Assembly (NCBI GenBank): GCA_026416845.1
Contig: JAOAEL010000002.1
Location: forward strand, 111,422-175,421
Direction of reading: 5' to 3'
From: Patescibacteria group bacterium
GTDB taxonomy: Bacteria > Patescibacteriota > Microgenomatia > UBA8517
DNA length: 64,000 bases
A program made the translations under genes and the position numbers. Of the stretch, positions 1 to 9,638 are shown in pieces. Each line of letters begins with the position of its first letter. Positions within the stretch are counted from its first letter, which is position 1. The notes beneath the pieces are model-generated. The model was not told the origin of the DNA and searched no databases. It saw only the letters and a program-made list of their open reading frames with translations.

Positions 1-1
1 T

Positions 2-199
2 GCTAATACAGAAAGAGGAATATTTTTAAGATATTCAGGAAATCTCGCAGAAAAATTTCATAACGAAATAAGACAAATTTTCCCTATGATAGACCATATA
101 GGACTAGTTCCTCAAAACACTCAAAATACTCAAGCAAATCAAAATAACAAAAATAAAAACGTATTTAACATTAAAAAAATAAATTTATCAACCAATTAA
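2..199 (+). CDS. 3' end of a hypothetical protein truncated by the window edge
   Basis: Open frame from position 2 (ANTERGIFLRYSGNLAEKFHNEIRQIFP...) to TAA at 197-199, convergent with the next gene. Confidence 0.45.
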   Translation, partial: ANTERGIFLRYSGNLAEKFHNEIRQIFPMIDHIGLVPQNTQNTQANQNNKNKNVFNIKKINLSTN

Positions 200-211
200 C
201 TTTTAGATTGT

Positions 212-805
212 TCAAAAATCAATCGAAAAATCTAAATCAGGAGGCATAAATGCTTTCTCCCTAATGTTAGTAGAATCAATTTGTTTCACAAGAATGCTCA
301 ATTCCTCTTCCAACATTAAAATATTTTTATCATCTGCATAAATTGAATTCTGAATCGGTCTATACTCAAGCTGCATAGAAGTTGGAGTTTTTTCTAAAGA
401 AGTTAAAACATTCTGTTTTACATCAGATTTCAAAAATAAATTCAAAATTAAACCTGTGGTAAAAATAATAACAAATAAAGTTAACAATCCAATCAAAATT
501 TTTTTGACTAAAGTAAGTTTAAAAGAATTTTCAACTTTTGCAAACAACTGATTTACAACTTGGACAAAATCAAAACCGTTTTTCTTGTTTACATGCAATA
601 ATGCATGCCTTATTTTCTCTTCAACAAATGAAATAATTTTTTCCAGCACTTCTTTTACCTTTTTTATGTCAGAATTTATTGGATTATCCGCATCAGCAGA
701 CTTAATGTCTTCACTTTTGACACCATAAAATGTCTTTAAAGAAGATCCAGACTTACCCATTAACATATTAACCCAATCTGAAAAAAATTGTGATACTTTG
801 TCCAT
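212..805 (-). CDS. hypothetical single-pass membrane protein
   Basis: 197 aa ORF with one hydrophobic segment (ILIGLLTLFVIIFTTGLILNLFL). Confidence 0.7.
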   Translation of the reverse strand: MDKVSQFFSDWVNMLMGKSGSSLKTFYGVKSEDIKSADADNPINSDIKKVKEVLEKIISFVEEKIRHALLHVNKKNGFDFVQVVNQLFAKVENSFKLTLVKKILIGLLTLFVIIFTTGLILNLFLKSDVKQNVLTSLEKTPTSMQLEYRPIQNSIYADDKNILMLEEELSILVKQIDSTNIREKAFMPPDLDFSIDF

Positions 806-847
806 ATTATTTTATTAAATAACAACTATAAATCTAATATACTTTTA

Positions 848-1729
848 TTATCGACTCTTGATTTCTTTAATCACTTCTTTTAAAAACGAACCTACTTCCC
901 TAAAAAACTGTTGAGATTCTGCTAAATGAATCACCATTGAGTTGTACACACTTAATCCATCTTGAGATTTGGTCAATCTATCAACTTCTTCTCGTGCTTT
1001 TAATTGCAACGCACTTGCTCTTGTCATTCTATTTTCACTTTCAAGCAAAAATCTTTCTATATTTTTAATTTTTCGGGGATCTAATTGATACTCAGGTCTT
1101 TCCTCAGACTTTATAATACCTTTAAGATTCTTTAACTTATCTATAACACTATTTAGACTAAGCCTAAAACTTTCTATCTTCCCATCTGAAATATAATAAA
1201 AAACTTCATAGGATAAGAGTTTAGTTTGTCTATATCGCGCACCTGCCTTATTAGAATCATTTACCAAATTCTCAAGAGTCTCAGCGCTTGGCAAAATCTC
1301 AGTATGTTTCATGTACCAATCTTTCTCCAAGTTGATAGCAATGTCCAATCTATTTTTTGTCTCATAAGAAACACCCTCGGCCATAAACAATCTCTCCCTT
1401 AAAACATTTAAATAGTTAACAACAACATCGTTCCTTGCAATTAACATCTCTAAAGTAGCTTTATATGCTTCTTGTTGAGCAGTTAGAGTTTTAAACTTGA
1501 TATACTGACTTCTTCTCAACAAATATTCTTCATGAGCTTTTTTGTATTTTTCCAATGATAAGTTGTATTCTGTTAAAACCTGTTTATACAATGCATCGTT
1601 AACAGTCGAAACCGTTTCGGATAAACCGGTATCTGTAGGCGAAGTTTCATCCTGAGCACTAACAACATCAAACAAAACAAAACCAATCAAAAGCATAATA
1701 AAAATAGGCACAACCGTTAATTTAATCAT
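848..1729 (-). CDS. hypothetical exported helical/coiled-coil protein
   Basis: 293 aa, N-terminal signal-like hydrophobic stretch ending VVSAQD, then helical charged sequence. Confidence 0.75.
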   Translation of the reverse strand: MIKLTVVPIFIMLLIGFVLFDVVSAQDETSPTDTGLSETVSTVNDALYKQVLTEYNLSLEKYKKAHEEYLLRRSQYIKFKTLTAQQEAYKATLEMLIARNDVVVNYLNVLRERLFMAEGVSYETKNRLDIAINLEKDWYMKHTEILPSAETLENLVNDSNKAGARYRQTKLLSYEVFYYISDGKIESFRLSLNSVIDKLKNLKGIIKSEERPEYQLDPRKIKNIERFLLESENRMTRASALQLKAREEVDRLTKSQDGLSVYNSMVIHLAESQQFFREVGSFLKEVIKEIKSR

Positions 1730-1792
1730 TAAATTAATTTAACATCTTCACAAAAAATTTTCTTTAGTGGCAAAAATTTTCTATTCAAGTTG

Positions 1793-3214
1793 CTATTTTT
1801 TTCTAACCAAAGAACCTTCTTTTGCATCGTTGACAATATACCCTTTTATTTCTATCTCTTGTCTAATCTTATCAGCCTCTGAGAAATTCCCTGACTTTCT
1901 CAATTTATCCCGCTGTTTAAGTAACTCTAAAATTTCATCTGGTATTTCTTCTCTAATTCCTGCTCTGATTTCAGACAACCCTAATCCCAACACTTGATCA
2001 AATTCGCAAGTTAAATCGTATTTGTCTTCTGATGGTATATTGCTTTTAAGAACAGTCCACAAAACTGCTAATGCCCTAGGGATAGCTAAATCATCATTTA
2101 TCGCATCCCTAAATCTTCTTGCAAAATCTTCCCTTTTTGCATCCTTCTCGAAAGATAAAACAGTTCTTTGATTCTGACTATAAGCGGCAAAGACCTGAGA
2201 TCTTAAATTTGAGAGAGCGTTTTGGGCTGAAGACAAAGACCCCCAAGTGAAATTTAGAGGATCCCTGTAATGAGCTGTTAAATACAAATATCGTAATGCC
2301 AGAGGCTCAAACCCTTTATTAACAACATCGTCAATTGTGAAAAGATTACCCAAACTTTTACTCATTTTTTGACCATTAACCATCAAAAAAGCATGATGTA
2401 CCCAATATTTGACAAATGGACTTTTGCCTGTAGCTGCTTCCGATTGAGCAATTTCATTGGGATGGTGTACAGATAAATGATCTTCGCCTCCTGTATGAAT
2501 ATCAAATTGCTCTCCTAAGTATTTCATACTCATTGCAGAACATTCAATATGCCAACCGGGGAATCCATCTCCCCAAGGAGAATCCCAATGCATAATATGA
2601 TCTTTATGTATGCCAATTCTTTTTACCCATAAAACAAAGTCATAAGGACTTTTCTGGTACTTGCCTTTGATAACATTATCTCTTGCCGTTTTTTTATCAG
2701 TAAGCCTTTGCCCAAATAACTCTCCGTATTTATCAAATTTATCAGCCTCAAAATAAACAGCTTCAGGAGTATCATATGCAAATCCTTTATCTATCAATTT
2801 CTGTATTAATTGTATTTGTTCAGTAATATGCTCTGTGGCTCTACAAATAATGTCCGGGCGAATAATATTTAACTTGTCCATTGATTCATAGAAGTAATTT
2901 TCAAAAAATCTAGCTATCTCGTATGGATCTTTGCCATATTTTCTGGCACCTTTTTCCATTTTATCTTCTCCTTCATTCGCGTCAGAAACTAAATGGCCAA
3001 CATCTGTAACATTTTGCACATGAGTAACACTGTAACCATTATAAACAAGAACACGCTTAAGCAAATCATCCATTACATACTTTCTGCAACTTCCTATGTG
3101 CGCATAGTCATAAACAGTAAAGCCACAGGTGTACATTCCAACTCTAAGAGTGTTAATAGGCTCAAATTTTTCTTTTTTCTTAGTTAAAGAATTGTACAAA
3201 AAAATATCTGACAT
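1793..3214 (-). CDS. cysS: cysteinyl-tRNA synthetase
   Basis: [15 protein letters not shown] (HIGH), [25 protein letters not shown] and KMSKS motifs. Confidence 0.98.
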   Translation of the reverse strand: MSDIFLYNSLTKKKEKFEPINTLRVGMYTCGFTVYDYAHIGSCRKYVMDDLLKRVLVYNGYSVTHVQNVTDVGHLVSDANEGEDKMEKGARKYGKDPYEIARFFENYFYESMDKLNIIRPDIICRATEHITEQIQLIQKLIDKGFAYDTPEAVYFEADKFDKYGELFGQRLTDKKTARDNVIKGKYQKSPYDFVLWVKRIGIHKDHIMHWDSPWGDGFPGWHIECSAMSMKYLGEQFDIHTGGEDHLSVHHPNEIAQSEAATGKSPFVKYWVHHAFLMVNGQKMSKSLGNLFTIDDVVNKGFEPLALRYLYLTAHYRDPLNFTWGSLSSAQNALSNLRSQVFAAYSQNQRTVLSFEKDAKREDFARRFRDAINDDLAIPRALAVLWTVLKSNIPSEDKYDLTCEFDQVLGLGLSEIRAGIREEIPDEILELLKQRDKLRKSGNFSEADKIRQEIEIKGYIVNDAKEGSLVRKK

Positions 3215-3253
3215 CTACCTGAAAGTAATGTTAACAAGAATCCGAAAACTTTT

Positions 3254-3751
3254 CTAACCTTTTGCTTGTCTTCCTGTCTCTGACTTAGTTAATTTTTGGC
3301 TAACAACCAAAGGCTGCCCTTTGTTTGTTTTTTTGCCTGGGATAGGCAATTGTGGACCTTTTTTAGGAGAAGGAGGCAGAATAACTTGCCCTTGAGCCTC
3401 GTTATCAGGTTTACGCATCAATTCGTCTTGTTGTTTCTGCCAATCAGCAATATTTTTTTGCCTTTGCATCCTAAGTCGTCTCAATTCTTCCTCAAGTCTT
3501 TGAATTTTTACCATATCTAATCTTTTTATTTCTTCTTCTTCAGACTGAGAAAGCAAAGCACCCTTTTCATGATCTTGTGTAAAAAAAAGATTTGCCAAAC
3601 TAGACTGTTCCACCTGCTGATGTCTTATTGCACGTTTTTGAGGTGTTTCAATTCCCAACTGCTGACCAGCTGATTTAGCAAAAGCAACAGCCTGTTGTTT
3701 GGCAGATTGCCCAACTTTATTCCCAATCTTGGAAAAAAATCGATAATTCAT
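3254..3751 (-). CDS. hypothetical Gln/Lys-rich protein
   Basis: 165 aa ORF, coiled-coil middle, Pro/Lys-rich tail; TAAAAT 6 nt upstream of the ATG. Confidence 0.7.
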   Translation of the reverse strand: MNYRFFSKIGNKVGQSAKQQAVAFAKSAGQQLGIETPQKRAIRHQQVEQSSLANLFFTQDHEKGALLSQSEEEEIKRLDMVKIQRLEEELRRLRMQRQKNIADWQKQQDELMRKPDNEAQGQVILPPSPKKGPQLPIPGKKTNKGQPLVVSQKLTKSETGRQAKG

Positions 3752-3832
3752 AACTAAATTTTATCTTACTTGATTGTAATATTTTATAATTAAGGGAAGG
3801 ACTTTTCCAACAAAACCAACAAGTCAGATCTG

Positions 3833-4441
3833 TTACAACTCCCGCCTGCCATCTATTGCCTGACGCAATGTCAGCTCATCCGCATATTCCAAGTCAGCGC
3901 CAGTTGGTATACCTATACCCAATCTTGTAACTTTTGTCTTCATATCTAGTTTCTTAAGTTTATTTAGTATCACCATCGCAGTCGCCTCACCTTCCATTGT
4001 TGGATTTGTTGCAATTATCATCTCCTCTACTAAACCACTACCTTTTTGTAATCTCATTATAAGAGCATCAACAAAAATTTCATCAGGACCAATATTTTCA
4101 AGAGGATTAATCGCGCCGTGCAAGACATGATAAACACCATTAAAGCGTCCCGATTTTTCTATGGCAAGCAAATCCATGGGCTGTTCCACAACCATTAGAA
4201 CTTTTTTGTTGCGAGAACTATCACTGCAAATAGGACACAGGTCAGTTTCAGAAACATTTTTACATTCTTTACATAACATAGTCTTTCTTTTTAGATCTGA
4301 AAGTGCTACTGCAAAATTATCAAGTTCAACTTGCGGAACATGAAGCAAATAATAGGCAAGTTTCTGTGCAGATTTTGGCCCAATACCCGGCAGTTTTGAA
4401 AAGCAATCAATAACCCGCTGAACAGGTTTTGCAATTCTCAT
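3833..4441 (-). CDS. recR: recombination mediator RecR
   Basis: LPGIGPKSAQ HhH motif, C4 zinc finger, YHVLHG, ATNPTMEGEATA Toprim; start moved to ATG at 4441 (MRIAKPV). Confidence 0.97.
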   Translation of the reverse strand: MRIAKPVQRVIDCFSKLPGIGPKSAQKLAYYLLHVPQVELDNFAVALSDLKRKTMLCKECKNVSETDLCPICSDSSRNKKVLMVVEQPMDLLAIEKSGRFNGVYHVLHGAINPLENIGPDEIFVDALIMRLQKGSGLVEEMIIATNPTMEGEATAMVILNKLKKLDMKTKVTRLGIGIPTGADLEYADELTLRQAIDGRREL

Positions 4442-4564
4442 AAAAAAATACAACAAACTTATATTACACCAAAACAATGTGACACATAACAACTATAAGA
4501 GGCAAAAAAGATTTAATAAAAACAAAAATCGGGAAGGAAGCAAAACTAAAAAAGAAGCAAATCG

Positions 4565-4852
4565 CTATTTACCAATTCCACCTAAAAGCCCGCTTAGACC
4601 TCCACCTGCCTCCATCATCTTTTTTGCGGATTTTTTCTGGACTTCTTTCATCGCATTGTTTATGACAATTACCAAATCATTTCTTTCTTCTCCATTTATC
4701 TCTAAATACTTGATCTTTTGAGTGCCATCAACTTTTACTAAAATGCCATTTTTTTCTTCAGTATGCTCTACCTGCTCAAGTTGTTTTTGCAATTGCTGAG
4801 CTTGGTTGCGCAAATCCCACAACTGTTTTGCCTGTTGAAATTTATCAAACAT
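4565..4852 (-). CDS. ybaB: YbaB/EbfC family nucleoid-associated protein
   Basis: QAQQLQKQLEQ...ILVKVDG...INNAMKEVQ pattern; canonical dnaX-ybaB-recR order. Confidence 0.88.
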   Translation of the reverse strand: MFDKFQQAKQLWDLRNQAQQLQKQLEQVEHTEEKNGILVKVDGTQKIKYLEINGEERNDLVIVINNAMKEVQKKSAKKMMEAGGGLSGLLGGIGK

Positions 4853-4919
4853 AATTAATATAAACTAATATTCGTATTTACAACTATAATTAAGTATTAT
4901 GATAGATAATACAATAAAA

Positions 4920-6647
4920 CTAATCTTTAAACAACTCTTTAGCAACTTTAACTATATCATTATCACTAGCTTCAGTCAAAACCAAATCTTTACTGGACAT
5001 AAGACTACATTCAGTAGAAGAATGTTCTGCAATGGTCATAGATTGATGCTCAAAAACATTAATTGATGAATCTATTAAAACAAAATCAATTTTTCTTAAA
5101 AAAAACAAAATACCTCGCACAACATCATAAACAACATCAATATGTGGTCTGGATTCTAACCTCTCTTTGTGAAATTTATAATAAACACCAAGAACCAACT
5201 TATTACCATCATACGAAATTGGTTTTGCAGCTCGCAAAAGAGCTTCCGTAGAAGAATTCACTAAACGAATTTTTGCCAATATCATTTGCCATTGATCAGG
5301 TAGTAAATCTATACAATTTCTAGCCGTATCATCTTTTACTGGATTTAGTTTATGGTTTTGACGGTTTGTATTTTCTTGATTTTGACCATACTTAGCCATT
5401 TGCACCCGATCATCTAAACTGTAATTATTATTAACTTGTAAAAATGCATTTGAATCAAGCTTGGAATTTACATTCCTAAAACCCAATTTTTTCTGTAAAA
5501 CAGAATGAAAATTTGATGGAGATGTTCCCGAATTGACAGATTCATTTTCAAAGACATCTACGGATTCTTTTTTTCGCAATTTTGCAAAATTACCTTTATT
5601 TTCCGAAGATTTTACCTGTAAATTGCAAGCCTTGATTACAAAAATCTCAAGCGGCAATTGCTCTACACTAGATACTTCCATATCACGACTGGCATTCAAA
5701 AGCAAATTCACATAATCTGTTAAAATATCTGCATCTATACTCGGCAAAAGATCATCTTCTTCAATTATCTTTGATAAAATTAATTTTCTTAAGTAATTAA
5801 GCAAGCTTTCAATCATTATCTTTGCACTTACACCCAACTTAAGCGAATTTTCTATCAAATTTAAACTTTCTTTGATTTTTCCAGCATTAATCAACTCAAT
5901 AAGTTCGTTTGGGGAAAATTCTTTTGAGTGAAACAAATACTGATTTACTGATTCATTCTCAAGAGCAATATTTTCAACAATACATTGCTCTAACTTTTTT
6001 ACAGCATCTCGAAATGATCCATCTGCAAACTGCGCGATTAATCGAAGCGCTTCAATTTGATATTCTACATTCTCGTTTTTTGCAATCAACTCAAGCCTTG
6101 AAACAATCTCTTCTGTTGTAGCTTTTGTAAAATTTATAACTGTACATCTTGACAAAACAGTAGGTAACAATTTTTCCGGATTGGTAGTTGCCAATATAAA
6201 AATAACATGTCTAGGAGGCTCCTCCAATGTTTTTAAAAGAGCATTTGCCGCTTCAGTTGTTAACATATGACATTCATCAATAATGTAAACTTTATATTTA
6301 GATTTAAACGGGGCAAGTTTTATAGTTTCACGCAACAACCTAATATCATCAATTCCTCTATGACTTGCAGCATCTATTTCTATAACATCCAAATTTTCTC
6401 CTTTCGTTATAGACACACATGACTCACACTCGTTACACGGTAGATCACTTTCTTGTTCATTCGATTGGCAGTTAACATATTTTGCAACAATTCTTGCTGT
6501 TGAAGTTTTGCCAGTTCCCTTTGTTCCAATAAACAAAAATGCATGGGGAATTTTACCGGAGAGAAGAATCTTGCTAACAGACTCGCGCACAGATTTGATA
6601 TCAATATCTGATAATTTTTGAGGACGATACTTCAGATAAAGCGTCAT
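4920..6647 (-). CDS. dnaX: DNA polymerase III subunit gamma/tau
   Basis: LYLKYRPQ, GTKGTGKTSTAR Walker A, EIDAASHRG, IIDECHML, NALLKTLEEPP, SRC; start at ATG 6647. Confidence 0.97.
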   Translation of the reverse strand: MTLYLKYRPQKLSDIDIKSVRESVSKILLSGKIPHAFLFIGTKGTGKTSTARIVAKYVNCQSNEQESDLPCNECESCVSITKGENLDVIEIDAASHRGIDDIRLLRETIKLAPFKSKYKVYIIDECHMLTTEAANALLKTLEEPPRHVIFILATTNPEKLLPTVLSRCTVINFTKATTEEIVSRLELIAKNENVEYQIEALRLIAQFADGSFRDAVKKLEQCIVENIALENESVNQYLFHSKEFSPNELIELINAGKIKESLNLIENSLKLGVSAKIMIESLLNYLRKLILSKIIEEDDLLPSIDADILTDYVNLLLNASRDMEVSSVEQLPLEIFVIKACNLQVKSSENKGNFAKLRKKESVDVFENESVNSGTSPSNFHSVLQKKLGFRNVNSKLDSNAFLQVNNNYSLDDRVQMAKYGQNQENTNRQNHKLNPVKDDTARNCIDLLPDQWQMILAKIRLVNSSTEALLRAAKPISYDGNKLVLGVYYKFHKERLESRPHIDVVYDVVRGILFFLRKIDFVLIDSSINVFEHQSMTIAEHSSTECSLMSSKDLVLTEASDNDIVKVAKELFKD

Positions 6648-6777
6648 ATCTTCCTTTAAGAAGATATCACGAATAATCAACTAATGATATAGAACAAAAC
6701 CCAAAAACTGAAGCTATAATTATTTTGCTCCAAATAACAAATTGCCCCAATTTTCGTTAATATCAAAAATGACAAAT

Positions 6778-7161
6778 CTAATCATGGTGAATACCCAAAA
6801 GATGCTTTGCTCCATGCTCGATAAGGTAATATAACCACTCATCAAGTGATTTGTTTGCAGCTTTAGCTTCATCTTTGGCCTTCTCGTAACACACCACAAT
6901 ATCTCCTAATCTATTTATTCCATCCGGATCAGGTAAAAAGTCTCTCACTTCGGAATAAGCAAACGACAAAACATTGTGAAGATTGTTTGGCTCAAATAAA
7001 TATTTCCTCGCGAGATTTAACATCTCTGAATAACCAGTTATCCTAATAGAAACTTCACAATCATCCTGTACTTTATTTCTTAAAAAATTAGTTAAATTTC
7101 CAACTATTAAACGCTCATTTATAGGATACTTAAAAGGATTTGATATAAATATCTTTAGCAT
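6778..7161 (-). CDS. ybeY: rRNA maturation endoribonuclease YbeY
   Basis: NVLSF, LGDIVVC, HGAKHLLGIHH (HGxxHLxGxxH). Confidence 0.93.
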   Translation of the reverse strand: MLKIFISNPFKYPINERLIVGNLTNFLRNKVQDDCEVSIRITGYSEMLNLARKYLFEPNNLHNVLSFAYSEVRDFLPDPDGINRLGDIVVCYEKAKDEAKAANKSLDEWLYYLIEHGAKHLLGIHHD

Positions 7162-7162
7162 A

Positions 7163-7708
7163 TCAAAGCTTTACAAAATACAAATTAGGAATATCCATTT
7201 TGTACATTTCTTCGAGAGACAAATTTTTATTTATTCTTAAAATATTCCTAATAACACTTCCACTGGTAATACATAAAACAACTTTTTCTTCATCTAAACA
7301 CAAAACATCGTTAATAAATTCATTAACTCTATTAGAAACTTCCTCATGCGATTCTCCTTTTGGCGGCTTCCTTTTGAACCTTAATTCATAATCTACAAAA
7401 TTATCACTAGAATCATACACTTCAGCATACAATTTACCTTCATTTTCCCCAAAATCACGTTCATTTAATCTTGGATCCATCAAAAGAACAGCATCTTTAT
7501 ATCTTTTCTTTATCTTCCAAGCCATATATTTTGTGCGATTACTTTCCGCATAATAAATTATATCTATTCTTTTTAATTGAAGATTTTTTACAAAATTAGA
7601 TGCTTCTTCTTCCCCTTTTTTGGTAATAGGACCTTCCTTTCTACCTTGAAACCTACCTTCAACATTCCAAACAGTTTCAGGATGTCTCAACAAATATATG
7701 TCAGTCAT
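7163..7708 (-). CDS. histidine phosphatase (phosphoglycerate mutase-like) family protein
   Basis: IYLLRHPETVWNVEGRFQG (RHG-like), LNERDFG, GES; second catalytic His appears replaced (ITSGSVI). Confidence 0.88.
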   Translation of the reverse strand: MTDIYLLRHPETVWNVEGRFQGRKEGPITKKGEEEASNFVKNLQLKRIDIIYYAESNRTKYMAWKIKKRYKDAVLLMDPRLNERDFGENEGKLYAEVYDSSDNFVDYELRFKRKPPKGESHEEVSNRVNEFINDVLCLDEEKVVLCITSGSVIRNILRINKNLSLEEMYKMDIPNLYFVKL

Positions 7709-8687
7709 ATCTTTTCTTAATCTCTAGCAAATATTCTAATTGCTTTATCGCTTTAGAAGCGGTAGTAAATAAACCATCTTTAATCTTATCTTTAATATTA
7801 TCAATATTTTCTTTACGAAAATTGGAATATTCTAATATAGCATTAAAATACTTACCCCTCTTTATTAACGCTAATTCCCTTATACATCTAAAAAGAATAA
7901 CTCTCCAAAAATAAATTCTGGATTTTGGATCCTGAAACTTATCGTGACTAAATAATATGCTTAAAAATTTTTCTTGTTTCAACGAATCAAGAGACAATTG
8001 TACAAAAACTCTTCCTTCATCCCAACCGCGCCTTGCTAATCCCAAAGTTTCCATATCTATAACATTAATTACATCCTTACCATTAATATGAACTATACGC
8101 CAATTGCTAGGATTTGCATCTTTATGTTGCACAACTCTAGGCAAACATTCAATAACCTCTTGTGAATTTTCTATCAAAGTTTGAATTTTTTCGAAATTAA
8201 CACCTAAACCTTGAAAATCATCAACAACTTGCATCCAATCTAAAAAAAGTAAATTTAAAACATTCTTAAGCTCCTCTTCATCTTCTCCTTCAAAATCTTC
8301 TGTAGGCAATAGATATTCAAAAGCATCAAACATTTTAAGCAAAAGTCGAAAAGCTTTTTCACTGTCATTATTATTACCAGTTTTAAATTTTCCAAAACGC
8401 TCTAAAATGTTATAAGGGGTAAAAAGCGGAAACCTAAAAAAGGCTACATATTCTTGCCCAAGATCATCTTTCAAGTTTTTAGTTTTCAGCAAAAATGGAT
8501 AAAATACTCCCATTTCAGACAACACACTCCTATATTTTTGAAGAATAAAATAATTTTTCAATTCTTTCTCACTAGTAATTTTATACACGACTGCACCATC
8601 CGAACTTAGCCTAACTAAATTTCTACCTTCACTGTTAATTAATTGTGTGTCATTTAAACTTATATTTATTAATGAAAGTGTCTCCAT
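7701..8687 (-). CDS. aminoglycoside phosphotransferase/choline kinase-like protein
   Basis: Brenner-type motif QHKDANPSNW followed by VIDME and GWD. Confidence 0.72.
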   Translation of the reverse strand: METLSLINISLNDTQLINSEGRNLVRLSSDGAVVYKITSEKELKNYFILQKYRSVLSEMGVFYPFLLKTKNLKDDLGQEYVAFFRFPLFTPYNILERFGKFKTGNNNDSEKAFRLLLKMFDAFEYLLPTEDFEGEDEEELKNVLNLLFLDWMQVVDDFQGLGVNFEKIQTLIENSQEVIECLPRVVQHKDANPSNWRIVHINGKDVINVIDMETLGLARRGWDEGRVFVQLSLDSLKQEKFLSILFSHDKFQDPKSRIYFWRVILFRCIRELALIKRGKYFNAILEYSNFRKENIDNIKDKIKDGLFTTASKAIKQLEYLLEIKKRYD

Positions 8688-8716
8688 GTCGGTTAATTTC
8701 AGTCAAATTGGACAAA

Positions 8717-9187
8717 TCATTTTTGCTGTTCATGCATCAAGTAACCATTAAACAATATTTTTTTAACAACATTTGCTATCTCAGTGCCATCGGCAGAAAA
8801 TCCAACCTTTTCTTTGACTTTAGAAATTGCTTTGCCCATATCTTTGACTCCAGAAAAATTATTTTCTTGAATAACTTGTTTTGCAATTGAAAGCAACTCA
8901 GTATCACTTATTTCAGGCGGCAGGAATTCTTTTAGGATTTCAAGTTCTTGTTGTTCCCAAGAAGCTTTATCCAAAGCTCCAACTTTTTCATAAGCAACTA
9001 TTGCGTCTTTGCGCTTTTTTACCTCCCGTTTTACAACAGCTATCTCTTCTTCATAAGAAAGATCATGCTGTCTAGCTATCTTTTCATAATTGATCGCCGA
9101 AGAAAGCATACGAAGCACAGAAACCCTCACTTCATCCTTGTCCTTTATCGCTTTCATTAACAACTTGGTAACAGAATCTTGTAGCAT
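8717..9187 (-). CDS. yqeY: GatB/YqeY domain protein
   Basis: KAIKDKDEVRVSVLRML, REVKKRKDAI, ELEILKEFLP, KDMGKAI. Confidence 0.93.
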   Translation of the reverse strand: MLQDSVTKLLMKAIKDKDEVRVSVLRMLSSAINYEKIARQHDLSYEEEIAVVKREVKKRKDAIVAYEKVGALDKASWEQQELEILKEFLPPEISDTELLSIAKQVIQENNFSGVKDMGKAISKVKEKVGFSADGTEIANVVKKILFNGYLMHEQQK

Positions 9188-9250
9188 AGATAGGATTATA
9201 TCAAATAACCTATTGTTTGGGGCCTTTGAATAAATCTATTCTTATAGAAA

Positions 9251-9571
9251 TCAAACTGCTCTATCAACGGAGATTTCACCAAGAAGATGAACGTGCATAT
9301 GCTTAATTGCAGCCGAATCGCCAGCGTTATTTACAATTCTAAAACCTGTCAAACCTTTTGACCTTGCTATCAAAATAGCAACATCTTTTATCTCTTGCCA
9401 CACTTGATTTTCGACTTCAGTAATGTCTTGATAGTGCTTTTTAGGCACTATCAAAAGATGAAGTGGAGCCTGAGGATGTATATCACGAAAAACTACCAAA
9501 TTTTCAGTCTCCTTCTCAAATTTTGTATCCAGCTCACCTGTGATAATTTTGCAAAAAACACAATCGGACAT
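9251..9571 (-). CDS. HIT family nucleotide hydrolase
   Basis: DCVFCKI, FRDIHPQAPLHLLIVPKKH, HMHVHLLG. Confidence 0.95.
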   Translation of the reverse strand: MSDCVFCKIITGELDTKFEKETENLVVFRDIHPQAPLHLLIVPKKHYQDITEVENQVWQEIKDVAILIARSKGLTGFRIVNNAGDSAAIKHMHVHLLGEISVDRAV

Positions 9572-9638
9572 TTTTATTTACAACTTAAGTCTAGCAAGAT
9601 AATATTAACTTCTCAACATTAAAATACCAAAATTCTAC

